A stretch of DNA of 64,000 bases from Adineta vaga (lineage: Eukaryota > Animalia > Rotifera), in contig CP075493.1 in NCBI GenBank assembly GCA_021613535.1, forward strand, positions 12,338,001-12,402,000, given 5' to 3'. The position numbers were made by a program, and so were the translations under genes. Below the pieces are notes generated by a model, which worked only from the letters and a program-made list of their open reading frames with translations, searched no databases and was not told where the DNA came from. Shown here one piece after another: positions 1 through 12,572 of this stretch (within the stretch, counting starts at the first letter, position 1; every line of letters begins with the position of its first letter).

Positions 1-586
1 GTTAATTGTTAACATAACGAAAGATTCGACGGACGAAAATCAGCTGCAAAACAAAAAGAAAATCTTTAATTTTAAAGTATATTTTGAACTTTCTTACAAA
101 GTATTCGTGATCGATGTAGTTGAATAATCATGATTTTTACATTTGGTGTCAGTCCACTAAGTAATATATACAAATCATCAATCGTTTCAAGAACTAAATC
201 GACGTAAGTAATCGATTGATTGGGTACTAATACTTGATGTAATACAAATCCATCAGGTATATCAATAATAACTTTTTGTAATGAAGATTTTTGTCGATTG
301 ACTAATGGTTGGATCATATCTTTCTCTATGATGTGATGCTAAAAACAGAATAAAGAACATACACTAGAAAACGTTCTGGTTTGTGCTTTACGAATAGGAA
401 CATCATTATTATCATTGTGATTCATTCGACAAAAACTAAATTGATTGTAGGTAAAGATAAATAATCGAAGAAACTCTGTGTCAAATGATGAATATATTCA
501 TTATTTAATACTAATGAATCAGGCTGAAGAGGATGTTTTGTATTTGATAATAAATTTGACAGATAAATAAATTCTGCATTACTCAT
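1..586 (-). CDS. 5' part of a spliced gene of unknown function, running off the left window edge
   Basis: Collinear minus-strand ORFs 422-586 (MSNAEFIYLSN...) and 72-317 with an acceptor-like ttttag between them; no recognisable domain; exon structure not resolved. Confidence 0.35.
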
Positions 587-1089
587 TTTATCTATTTCGA
601 TTTTTTTTGTAGTAGTCTTGAATAATATGATGAAAACGAAAATATGAGTGTTCAGGTGTATAAAATGAATAAAGAACATGACTCGGTGTTAAATAACGAC
701 ATATGAGAAGAAATATCTCAGTAGGTAAATCAGTTGCACGAGTTATATTCGAACGAAGACGTTTGCATGAAGATGAATCAGTTTCTAAAACATGAAATCA
801 TCAAAGATATAAGTATAAGTGCATTGAACAATAAGAAATATAACAAACCATCTTCATCTAAAGAACGTTTTACGTCTGTTTCCATTTTTCTACACTTTCA
901 ATTGATTGTCTTCTTTTCACAATATATTTATAAGTAATGGAAATAAAGACTTGTTCGTCCAGATGAATATATCAGATGACCGGAATCATAGGTCATAATC
1001 GATTGAGATCAAATATTCACTAGACAATTTGGATGCTTATGATAATAATCATTTCCGAGAAAATCTTCGATTTTATATCTAATTGTATA

Positions 1090-1109
1090 CCCACACTCTC
1101 ACCCTCAAG
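1090..1109 (+). repeat. Telomere-like C-rich arm with CTCAAG cap (solo)
   Basis: cccacactctcaccctcaag; matches the arms at 46171-46190 and 61583-61597. Confidence 0.55.
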
Positions 1110-1369
1110 TTTCTAATCCTTAGAGAATCTAAGTGATAGCATAAACTAATATCTTTAGTCATATTATGCTTGATGTTGTCATTAATTCAACTGGAAATGC
1201 AGTGTCAATTTTGTTGAATAAGATGAAAAAAAGAAATCTTTATCAAAGCGTGAATAATCATTTAAAAAGATTTTTTCTCATTTATTTTATTTATATAATT
1301 TGAAGAAGACAGATATATTTTCTGTGAGATCAAAACAGGTAAGAAACTAATCTGTTGATACTTTTGGCA

Positions 1370-2293
1370 ATGAATTCTTCAATAAATGAATTCAGAAATA
1401 ATAGAACAGATTACACTGTAACTGCTCCTGTATCAATGATTTTCGCTGTAACTTCTGTTATTATTACTTCATTTATTTTGATAATTGTTTTATTTACAAA
1501 ACCATTACATACAGTTACTCGTTTATTAACTTGTAATACATGTTTAACATCAATATTATATTGTGTTGTTCAATTTAATAATTATATTTATCTCTTAGTA
1601 TTGACATGGGATAGAAACGATCAATCATGTCGATGGCGTGGTTATTTTGGATATCTAGCAATGGTTGCTTTTATTTATTCGTATGTTTTACAAGTTTTAT
1701 CACGATTCTTTTTTATTGTTTTATCAACTAAATATCGATGGTTAACTTCATTTCGAACACATTTTTATTTGATTTTCATTGGATGGATCATTATTTTAAT
1801 TATTCCGTTACCAGCAATTCTAACGAATGATATCTATTTTCGTGAAGGTGAACTCTGTTGGGTAACAAAAGAATATGAATTGCATTCGTATTATATTACC
1901 ATTGCATATTATGTCATACCAATTCTCTCGATTATTGTTATTAATGTGATGATATCTATTCGAATTTATCTGTATAGAAAAAATAGCCGAATACAGCGTC
2001 ATACAAGAAGAAAAGATCGTGATATAGAAATCTTTCGTAATATAATGATATCGTTTAGTGTCTATTTTCTTGGTGGAGTACCATTTATGATTTATATGTT
2101 TACAGATAGTGAATTTCTCTATTCAATGGGTGTTATTTCTGTCACATTTGCCGTAACTATGGAGAAATTAGTTATAATTCATCTCGATCGAGATATTCGA
2201 ATGACGTTGAAAAATTGTTTTTGTCAAAAAAGAACTCAAGTTACACCAATAACAATCAATCCTACTTTTCTTGCTCCTCGATTGAATATATGA
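1370..2293 (+). CDS. Rhodopsin-like (class A) 7TM GPCR, intronless
   Basis: ATG at 1370; seven hydrophobic segments; TM3 CRWRGY...LSRFF; ECL2 Cys (ELCWV); basic ICL3. Confidence 0.85.
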   Translation: MNSSINEFRNNRTDYTVTAPVSMIFAVTSVIITSFILIIVLFTKPLHTVTRLLTCNTCLTSILYCVVQFNNYIYLLVLTWDRNDQSCRWRGYFGYLAMVAFIYSYVLQVLSRFFFIVLSTKYRWLTSFRTHFYLIFIGWIIILIIPLPAILTNDIYFREGELCWVTKEYELHSYYITIAYYVIPILSIIVINVMISIRIYLYRKNSRIQRHTRRKDRDIEIFRNIMISFSVYFLGGVPFMIYMFTDSEFLYSMGVISVTFAVTMEKLVIIHLDRDIRMTLKNCFCQKRTQVTPITINPTFLAPRLNI

Positions 2294-2396
2294 CATTAGT
2301 AAAATAAAATTTTATTACTCAGATGATTATCTCATGATTTGAACTATATTTGTATAATTGAAGAGATTTTTCGATTTAAAAAAAAACGAATGTTTA

Positions 2397-3332
2397 TCAA
2401 TCTTCAGGTTCATATTTTTGTATCCGATGATTATCACAATCGACAACATATAGATTTCCTTCGTTATCAAATGATAAATCCGTCGGAAAATTTAATTGAT
2501 TTGATTCTTTTCCTTGACCAACTCCGCCGACAACAACTTCACCTTCTTCTTTTCCTTCACACCAACGCATCACTCGATGATTAGCACAATCTACAACATA
2601 AATTCGTCCTAGATGATCAACTGTTACTCCTTCTGGACAAGATAATTGTTTCAAACTCTTTCCTTTTCCATTTCCACCAGCTACAACAGATCCTTCTATT
2701 GCATCTCTTGTCCATTTCATAACACGATGATTATTATAATCTGATACATACAAAGAATAATCTTTATCAATAAAGATACAAGTAGGACCATTGAGTTGAT
2801 TAACTTGATTTCCATCTTTATTTCCACCTGCAATAATTTTTCCATCTTTTTCACCATCTTCCCAATATCTTACTTCATTTTGTTCACAAATAGCAGCACA
2901 AATATGCCCTTTTCTATTAATAGCAATACCCCAACAATCAATATCGGAAACAAGAATTTCTTGATCTGTTTTACTATGATAAAACCATCGAATGATTCGT
3001 CGATTTTTTCGATCCGAAATAATCAATGAATGATTTTCTTTATCAATAAGAATATCTCGTGGATAATTCAATTGATTATTTCGAATGCCACGTCCATTTC
3101 CACCGGCAACAATTTGTCCTGCTTTTGATTCAGATTTCCAATGTACAATTCGATGATTTCCCCAATCAGCAATATAAATAGATTTATCACTATTATCAAT
3201 ATAAAATCCTCGAGGATAATTTAGCTGTTTTAAATCGCTTCCACTTCCATGACCTCCGGCAACGGTAATTCCATCAGATTTCCATTTATTGTGTTTTATT
3301 TCCATTCGTTCTTCAATTGAAGAAAGAAACAT
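2397..3332 (-). CDS. NHL-repeat beta-propeller protein (standalone)
   Basis: Repeated QLNxPxG/D-I-x-xD...IYI/VxDxxNHRI/V motifs with VAGGNGxG linkers, about 6 repeats. Confidence 0.9.
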   Translation of the reverse strand: MFLSSIEERMEIKHNKWKSDGITVAGGHGSGSDLKQLNYPRGFYIDNSDKSIYIADWGNHRIVHWKSESKAGQIVAGGNGRGIRNNQLNYPRDILIDKENHSLIISDRKNRRIIRWFYHSKTDQEILVSDIDCWGIAINRKGHICAAICEQNEVRYWEDGEKDGKIIAGGNKDGNQVNQLNGPTCIFIDKDYSLYVSDYNNHRVMKWTRDAIEGSVVAGGNGKGKSLKQLSCPEGVTVDHLGRIYVVDCANHRVMRWCEGKEEGEVVVGGVGQGKESNQLNFPTDLSFDNEGNLYVVDCDNHRIQKYEPED

Positions 3333-4594
3333 AAAAGTGTCTGCAAGAGAATATTCTGACTAATGTTCTCATTATTTTCTCTATGATTGCTGTAATGTTA
3401 GTTCTTCTTTATTTTTGTCGTTTCATCCTTTAACAATGTATTTTAATGAGTAAAATTGCGCACCACGATACGAATGCAAATACAAGAAATCATTGAAGGA
3501 TTTCATCATCAAGTTCTATTCATAGAGAAATGAAGAAAAAAAGTATGATGTCATCCATAATCATATCAATATTCAGAGCCAATAAATGAATTGTACAAAC
3601 GTATATTCAAGTTGATTAAAGCATCTAATAAAATAAGTTTGTTCTTGATATTTCTCCTCTTGCATTTCCATACTTATTTGTTACGTCACATGCACGACCA
3701 GAACAGAATCCACAGCAAAGGTGACTCTTTTCACAAATCCTTCATTGACAAATCTGCACGTATCGATGTCGACCATAGAAAGCTTGATACACTTACTCGT
3801 CATATAGTTGACGTACTTCGTAAAATAAAAGAATATATTAGAACTAGCAAACCTTCGCAAGATAAATTTTTATTTTCGATGAAATATCTTTTCTGGCCAT
3901 CATTTCTTGATTAAGCTCATTTATTGTTTTCATCTGTTGTGATGAATTATAAGGACGTATTGTATATACATTGATAGAAAGAGTCAATTTTGTTTAATTC
4001 TAATAGGAATGGATATTGTTGTTTGTACAAAAATAAGCATAATAATCGAGGTTGTTATTGATGTGTTCAAAACCGAACAATGAGTATTAAGATAGAGAAA
4101 AGGTAAAACAAAACAAAAAACAATTCCGCACACTTTTAATTGCTGACAAGATATCTTGTTAACATCACGACAGATTTTATTGTCCTGGAATAAATAAATG
4201 TAAGTTTAGATAAACTATTGAGAAGAGACAGTAAAGCAGCCCAAAATAAGTCATGTCGGCGACCACAGAAAATAATAATTTACAATAGTTTATTATATTT
4301 TTCTTGACATATCCATACTCAAAATGTTGAATCCATATTTAAAACATTATTCTTAATAAAACGATTCGTTACATTTTTGCTGCAACAATGGTTGCGAGTC
4401 TTTTTGATCCAAACATATCATCATCGAACAAACTATAATTAACTATTCAAAAAGCCTATAGTACTTTGTGTATTATCATATATATTTATATTTCATAATT
4501 AACTTCGGAAGTTTTTGAAAAAAAGGGAAATACTAAAAGCCAATCAATTAGATGTAGAATAAAAACAGCTTTCATTATCTATATAGTAGGGCAG

Positions 4595-5522
4595 ATGTCG
4601 AATACAACGACTTCATCTTTTTCTATTGATATTATATTTTCATACGATCTTCGATTTTGGCTTTATCTTCTTCCAAATAATTTGTTCAATTTTTCTTCTT
4701 TATCATCTTCTTTTTGATCGAAAACTTCGTCGTGCTCTTAATAATCATATTATTATTATTCTTCTTTTCATTGGCCTTGTATTTGAACTAACAGATATTC
4801 CTTGGTATCTATATTATTATCGATTCAATACTGCTTGGAATAAATCACATCTTTTTGCATTATTTTGGACATATATCGACGTAACGTTTTATACAACTCA
4901 AGTTATTTTATTTGCATGGACGACAATTGAACGGCATATTCTTATATTTCATGACCGATGGATTTTAACGAAAAAGAAACGATTTGTCCTTCATTATCTT
5001 CCTCCTATGATCATTTCAATCTATAGTTTTACTTGGTATTATCTTTTAATTTTTGCTCCATTTTGTACAAATTCATATGATTATTCAGTTGCAAGAGGAA
5101 TTGTATCATTTTGTGCATTAAATAATCCAATATTACCAAAATGGAATCTCATTGGTCATCAGTTAATACCTACAGTGACAATTATTACATTTAGTATCAC
5201 ACTACTTCTACGTGTTTTATTACAAAAACGACGTTTACATCGAAGAATTAATTGGCGTAAACAGCGAAAAATGACGGTTCAATTACTATCAATTTCAATC
5301 GTTTATCTCATCTTCAATATTCCATGGTCAAGTATTTATCTTGCTCATTATTTTGGTGTACCAAGAAATATTGGTACAGAATTTCGTTTATATGCTGCAT
5401 TTTTCGGTAATTATCTTATATTAGCTTTTCCATTTTCTTGTTTGTTGCTCTCGTTACCTGAATTATATGTAAAACTCTGCTGTTGTCGACCACGACGGCG
5501 TGTTATCGCTCCTCGAACATGA
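4595..5522 (+). pseudogene. Class A-like GPCR with a frameshift in TM1
   Basis: ATG 4595 gives MSNTTTSSFSIDIIFSYDLRFWLYL, then the frame shifts near 4670 into ...FQIICSIFLLYHLLFDRKLRRALNNH, with IERHILIFH and INWRKQRKM motifs shared with paralogs at 15354, 22782 and 49856. A sequencing indel cannot be excluded. Confidence 0.7.
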
Positions 5523-5990
5523 ATTTGTTAAAATGATATAAGAACTTTACAACATCATTGTGATTTCACATATATTGCGAAAGTTAGGCAGAAAACGAAT
5601 ATGGGAAAATGACATGTTCGTGTAAGGAGAACATGTAAACCGATCCTTTCGATTTTTTTTCTTTGAAATAAATATAAATGGGGAAAACAATAAAGCGTTT
5701 TTTCCCCCATTGATGTCATGTATTCGTAATGATGTGAATCTTATCACAAATATTTATAATTATGGCTCATGGGTATACGAAACTAATTATTGCGTAAAAT
5801 ACGGAAGTATATAATCGAAAAAGATTATAGTATATAATAAAGAATTTTACTATTTTAATCTATTTGAATTCCGTCTTTTGAAAAATTATTAAAAGAATAT
5901 TACATGCTAGCGGTTGAATATGTGCTTTTTATTTCAAGGAATTTATTCTTAGAAATGATATTGATTATAAAACCATCTATTTAATAAAAT

Positions 5991-7347
5991 TTATTCTGTA
6001 CGTTTTCTGATTGTCGAAAGATCATCTACAATGGCCAAAGACATAACAGGTTTATGGCATGCATTTTGACTTTCAATTCCATGAAATCCACCAACGACAT
6101 AGCAGGTCTTAATTTCATTAGTATATTCACTTTCAAATTCAACGGGAGAAACGACGGAATCCAATCTTACTTCGTTGATATTACATTCTGTTTTCATATG
6201 AAGACCATAGCAAAGTTGTAGAAACCATCCGGTAAGTTTTGTCCAACTTCTACGAATAAACATGTGAATGTTTTCTTCATTCAAATCATTGTTTTTGTTG
6301 ATAATTCACTTACCCTGATCCGAAACCAACATGTTCAATGTTGAAAATTTTATCCCAAAATGTATTGTCGACTTTACCTTGATAAGTTTGAATAAACTGA
6401 TCGAGGATTGGTAAAACACATCTAATATAAGTTGAGAATTCATCATCAGGTGTTGTAAATCTTTGTAATTGTTCGGTTTTGTCTCGAAGTAGTGTCCAAT
6501 CATCTGATGTGCCCATAAAATGTACTTTTCGAATGCCACATCTTGTCATAAGGAGACCATAATCAAAATAACTTTTAAAAGTATTCATAATTGTTGCACA
6601 AGATAAAAGTGATTCAACTTTGCCTGTTGTGGAATAATTGGCCGTTAAAAGAGAAACAATATCATTGTTTACTTTTCCACTAATAGTAGTACGCATATCT
6701 TCGAGAAATCTGTTCCAGCTATAAATAGAAAACAAAGAGTTATGTATAATTCAATATTAATTTTAACATCCATTACTTACTCTGGCTCTGGTTGTACTTG
6801 TACAATGGTCAATTTGATCTTTTCGTCGTGATCAACAAATAAATGTCTTAACTTTTCAGCATTAGCATTGGCATATTTTGCAAAGTAGATTGTTATCATT
6901 AACCATATATCACTAAAAAAAAGTCACAGAATAAGAAGTTTTGTTTAGAAATACATTGAACTCCTTGGATTAGTATTACTCAGGTGAAAGAACGATATCT
7001 TCATGCGAATTGTAAGCAGCTAGATAAGCACGAAACAATGCATGATAGCCAGGCGATGATGTATCTAAAATTAACAACAAATCATTCAAAGAAAAATAAA
7101 TCGAAGTATTATACTTACATGGCCCATTGGCAATTATATGTTGTACCTTGAATCGATCAAGATCAACATCTCTATTCCATCGATCACTAGCATGATAATC
7201 GACTATACTTTGAAGCCAATAATACTCATCAGGCTTATCTTTCAGTTCTTCATCTCTATGATCTTTTTCAATCTGTGGTAGATCACCACGAATAACGACT
7301 GTATGAAATCGTTTGTTTACAGCAGCAGCAGCAGCAGCAGCACTCAT
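5991..7347 (-). CDS. DUF4419-family protein, about 5 exons
   Basis: Spliced translation gives AYNSHEDIVLSPD-DIWLMITIYFAKYANANAEKLRHLFVDHDEKIKL, YSTTG, FKSYFDY...CGIRKVHFMGTSDDWTLLRDK, TFWDKI, LTGWFLQL and GGFHG; GT-AG introns near 7063-7113, 6914-6979, 6719-6780 and 6251-6313. Confidence 0.8.
7321..7342. repeat. (AGC)n trinucleotide tract encoding N-terminal poly-Ala of the DUF4419 gene
   Basis: agcagcagcagcagcagcagca. Confidence 0.9.
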
Positions 7348-8303
7348 AATCGTAAATGCTATTGTAAGTTTATCACCAAGGAAAGCAATGATGAAAATGA
7401 CATCTACTGTTAGAAAACAAACGATGGTGTATAAAACACGTGGATAGATAAAGTAATTGCAACATATATTTTCTTTCTTGTGAAAGCTTTTCTTTTCTCT
7501 TTCTGTTATTCGTTCTGTTCTATATAATATATGTCAGAGAATGCTTGAGAGACATATATAAATAGCATGTCGAAAGAGAGAAGATAATTAATTTATTAGA
7601 ATACGTAAAAACGATTGATATAATGATCAATAAAACAACGAAAACAATAACAATTATTCCAATGATTACTATAGTAATTTCTTGTACTGAAAGATTCGTT
7701 GAAACGATTCTCACCATATAATTTTCATTGAAGTTTACCTTTCGATTTGACTTTTTGGATTCGTAGGCAACTATTATATTATTTTTTACAGCTAGAACAA
7801 CTCTGTTTGATTGATTGATTGATTTCATCGATTATATTTTAAAAGACCGCTAGTTTTTATTATAATTATTCATCAGACCATAACACGTTGTCAGCTAATA
7901 TTCTGATATCGATCATCAACTATAAACGAAACTAATACTGATGACTGAAGACATTTTATTTCTATAACATATTTGCCTATCTTATCAATATCTATATTTT
8001 ACAAAGCAATTTGAGTAAAGAGCCGAATCAAAGATAGATTAATACTTTTTATAATCACATCGACATTGTTGAACGTATAGAGTTTATATGTATATAAATA
8101 AAATAGAAATTTAACAGTTTGATTCATCTGCAAATGTTAGATCGTCATTGCTATTAGTCATCTAATTTGATTTTGAAGACAAGTGAAGTTTTAACTTCAT
8201 CAGCTTGATTGAAGCAAAAACAGTGCAATTCTATAGTCAGCTCATACTTATGTTTTCAGTAGCTTTTTTTATTTACTATTCAGATATTTATTAGGCATAA
8301 AAT

Positions 8304-9996
8304 TCAGCCATATAGATAATTATGCAAATCTGACATGCGAGCAAGTGTTTCTATAGCATACGCAGCTGCTTTCGTCATGATTTCAAAAGCAAATGGATTC
8401 GTATTTTCAATTGTATCACATGTCTTATGATAACATGGATCGAATACTGCATCCGCAATTCCACCATGTCCATGTCCCAACATTCTGTCATAACGATTTC
8501 GTTGTTCAAGTGTTTTACGTCCATCTGCACCTGTAAATAAGCCACCACAGGGAACACCTTCAACTAGAAAAGGAACATGATCACTTGAAATACCAAGTGA
8601 ACTATTATCCCATGGTAGATTTTCTTGATCAAACCAATTACGAAATATTTGTGCGATTCTATTTGAACCATTTTTTACTTTTGATGAGACAATATCTGGT
8701 AATCCATCACTTCGATGAATACCAAAGTAATAATTTGGAGATGCAAGCATATCGAAATTTAGCATCATTAAATAGTCTTTCAAACGACTACCTTCAACAG
8801 TGGTCATGTTAGCTTGTTCAACATGATGATATGATCCGTACATATTCCTTTCTTCTGCACCCCACCAACAGAATCGAATTCGATAAGAATATTTTTCATA
8901 GAATGATGTTTGAAACAGATTAGCTAGATTCAAAGCTAGTACCAAAGTTGCCATCGCACCACTTCCTATACAGAATCAGTAGACTTATTCGAAATATTCT
9001 TATGATAGAATTCATAGACAACATACCATTATCATTGATTCCTGAGCCGTTATCTATACTATCACTATGACTTCCGATCACTATTGTTTGAGTTATATTT
9101 CCGGTCGGCGTATCAGCACATATGTTTTCGGACGAAATATTCATTCGCACCATATCTCCAGGTGTCATAAACATTCGAATATGTGGATCAGTTGATAAAT
9201 GATTTTGTACTGCTTCACTTAGTTGTGAACCTACTTCGTAAGAAACAGCCATAGCTATATAAGTTATATTTTGCGCAGCAACAATAATTGGTAAACTCGT
9301 AGCATTGATACTATTGTTATATAGGAGAAGACCATTAATATTGAATTTTTGTGCTAAAATACTCTTTTGTACTGCAGAACAATTTCGATCATGTATAACA
9401 ATTGCTACACTGCCATTGGCTGGATGTGGTGTAGCACGTTGCCAGTCGTCATCATCGCAACCTGAATTTGGTATAATTGTTAGACGGATGGGTGTAAGAA
9501 AGTCTGCAGGTGCTGATAAAAAAACCAAACGAAAATCTGTCCCAAATATATAATTCTTTTCAACACCAGCAATTGTAGAGGTGAGACGAGGATCAGTTCT
9601 TATACTTACAGGTACTAAAAATTCTTCTTTAAATACATGAAAATTAGTTTTTGATTTCAATTGTGTTTCAATATAATCGATAGTAGCCTGAAAACCTGAT
9701 GTTCCAAGAGCACGTGTTCGTTCATGATTATCTGCAATTGTTTGTAATTTTTGTAAATGAAACATCAATTGAGTCGAATTGATCGTATCCATTAGATGTT
9801 TTACTACTACTGATGTTGATGTCGTTGTAATCGGATTTGCATTATCTTGATTTTTCTTGTGACTGATCACACCTAATGTAACTGCTGCTAGAATGAATGT
9901 TACTGATAAAATCGAAAGTAGAATAAGAAGTAGTATTGTATGTAAACGATTTTTCACCATAAGACCATCTTGTCTCGTTTTAACTGTGGTTTTCAT
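8304..9996 (-). CDS. Membrane-anchored PA-domain M28 zinc aminopeptidase (aminopeptidase Y / Streptomyces SGAP-like), 2 exons
   Basis: Intron 8966-9026 joins GINDN-GSG; motifs VIGSHSDS, RFCWWGAEE, LNFDMLAS, SSDHVPF and DPCYHKTCDTIEN; PA insert; N-terminal TM helix. Confidence 0.9.
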
Positions 9997-10863
9997 GATT
10001 AAAATACGAAATAATATTCGAGTTATTCACACAAAAAATGCAATTTAATATGTTTTTACATCTATCTTATATATCATATTCGTTTCTATGTTTTTATCGG
10101 ATTTTTTTTATGTGACATCATTGTTTTCTTTTGTGTTGTCCTTCTAATGTACGCTGTCAAAATTATTCATATAAACATACAACAGAACAAGATAAATGTT
10201 ATTTTACATATCTGTTATCTTTAAATTAATCTTTATATGTTCATGAATATTAGCAAAATGAATGGTCTTAACAATATAAGTGATGCATTGCCTCGATATG
10301 GTTGATATTGATATCTGTGTCAATATTTTTATATGGATTACCTTTCACTTATTAATTTCTCTTGCTTATCATAAATATATGCTCTTTATTATACTCTCAA
10401 TAAATGAATCATTCGGATTCTTTTGCGTTTTTCATTTCTTTCTCTCTCTGAATCTTTACTTATGACTGTGTAAATTCATTCTTGAAAATAATTGTCCTTG
10501 TTTTTACTTTCTACTATCAAGTTTCATATGTAAATAAAAGGGGTATTTTGTTATTTGCATTCTCACCTAGAGTAAACAAAAGTTAACTGATGATATATTT
10601 TCACGATCGCTTGATACGTGATCTTATTGATTGCAGCGGATGATATACATGCAGTGTTCAATGCAAATACAATCCTCAAGATAAAACTTGCAAAAAATCA
10701 AATTGTTAATATGAAGATGATTCATTTTAGAGTCGCGTTTCTATCAAATTCTTTTACATGCGATCTTAATAAATGTTTCAATCATTCTGTACAATTACTT
10801 TGACTTTATTTCAGTCAGAATACAAAAAATGCTATGGATTAAATTAGAAAAAAACCTATGACT

Positions 10864-12156
10864 TCAAATAGCACACAATACTTCAACATTTTCTTTCGTT
10901 GATTTTACTTCTCCTGTATGTACATAATGAAGTTGACCATTCAACACATCATATTTACCAACAAATATCATATCAGCAGATTGAATAGTCCGACCAATAT
11001 AAAGATCATTCTGTTTTTCTTTGCCTGCTTGTATAGCACATAATGATATGTTAAAATGGTGTGGCTGTATCCATTCATATTTTAATTTTAAATCTGGATA
11101 TGTCAGTATCTGATAAGTTGATGATGTTAAAACACCCAAATATTCAGTTTCAGCAAATTTACTATTGTCAACAAGTTTACCTGGGATTATATTCCCGTTG
11201 TTTACTTTGATACGTGCTACATAAACATGTCGATCAAATTCTTGACCACCAATAACAGCATCTGACGGGACACTACCACTTTGAGCATCTACCCAAACTG
11301 TATCTTTTATTTTGTCAAATGAATCTAAAAAACAACCACATACAAATTTTGAGATCTGAGATACACAATAACTTTGTGTTTAACATACTTAGTATCTGCA
11401 AACGGTTGTTAAATTTAGTCGTCAATATTTTAAGTTTTTCAATTCTTTTGTTGTAATCTATGGCTGTCACAATACATATAGCCATAGCAATTGCTAATCC
11501 AATGTTCAATAGTATGCTGAATACTAACAATAATTGCATTGCTGTTATTGAAGACGGTTGTTTTCTTAATTGTGAGGAACGATGTTTGTCAACAACTATA
11601 GCTGGTGGATTGATGTTTGTTGTATGACGATTAATTTGAATATTATTATTTCCATATTTCGATAGTGATATCAAATTTACTAAGAAGATCGAAGAAAAAT
11701 GTCCTATATCATCATAAAATATAAATTTCTACTAACGATTTTCTTCAACATATTTATTATTATCTTGATTTTGTTCTAACATCGGTGTTAAACAATCTAC
11801 TAATTGATTTTGTTTATCTTGTCGTACATTTTCCATATATTCTACGAAAAAAAAACCAAATAGGTTAACATACATAATTGATAAATTAGAATACCTTGCA
11901 AAATTTTCGTTGCACTGAAACATCCAATGTGTTCGAATGCATTTATAAGTAAAGTTAAATCATGTTTATGAATTTTATTTTGAGTAAAAAGTATTTCTAT
12001 TAGATTAAGAGTACCAGCAAACGTTAGATCATCTCGAATTCGTCGTGGAACATCATTGGCCAAAAAGAAATGTAAACGTTTTCGATCATCTTCACTAAGA
12101 CAATCTTGTATTTTTAGCAAAACAAAACGTAAATTATGAGAATTCATTGATTTCAT
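10864..12156 (-). CDS. Death effector domain (DED)-like + TM + two DM9 repeats; predicted type II membrane protein, 4 exons
   Basis: Exons 12156-11895, 11841-11737, 11679-11389 and 11324-10864 splice in frame via GT-AG introns; N-term LRFVLLKIQDCLSEDDRKRLHFFL...LIEILFTQNKIHKHDLTLLINAFEHIG; TM LLLVFSILLNIGLAIAMAICIV; DM9 WVDAQSGSVPSDAVIGGQE...YVAR...IPGK...YQILT and AIQAGKE...LYIGR...VGK...VEVLC. Confidence 0.8.
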
Positions 12157-12572
12157 TCAGAAAATCGCATGCAAATATCTCACAATCAGACACCAAACGT
12201 GATACAATATAAAACAGGATACTTCATTCGAATAAATACGCATATATATATATGGACATATTTCCCCCATGGTAAATGCTTAACAGCTACATTCCCATCT
12301 TGTGTTATATTTTTTCCCGTTCTGTATGTAGACATATGACTATAGCGACCTCAATCGTATAACATGTTTTTTTGCACTAAGAACAAAAGTAAAAAGTATC
12401 CCATTGTGATGATATGTCAAAATTAATTACAATCATGTGGGAAGAATAATTCACTCAGTGTATAATAAACTGATTTGTTCTAAATAACAATGGAAAAATA
12501 AAAGGCGCACTCTATATGAATTAATTTTATGAATTCAATTCAATTTGTTTATATTTTATTTGAATTCTTCAA

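Noticed and set aside
3400-4090. Possible eroded gene and the 3591-3914 ORF
   Set aside because: No consistent frame or recognisable motif on either strand.
8920-9026. Two separate or frameshifted peptidase genes
   Set aside because: Resolved by a 61-nt intron restoring NDNGSG.
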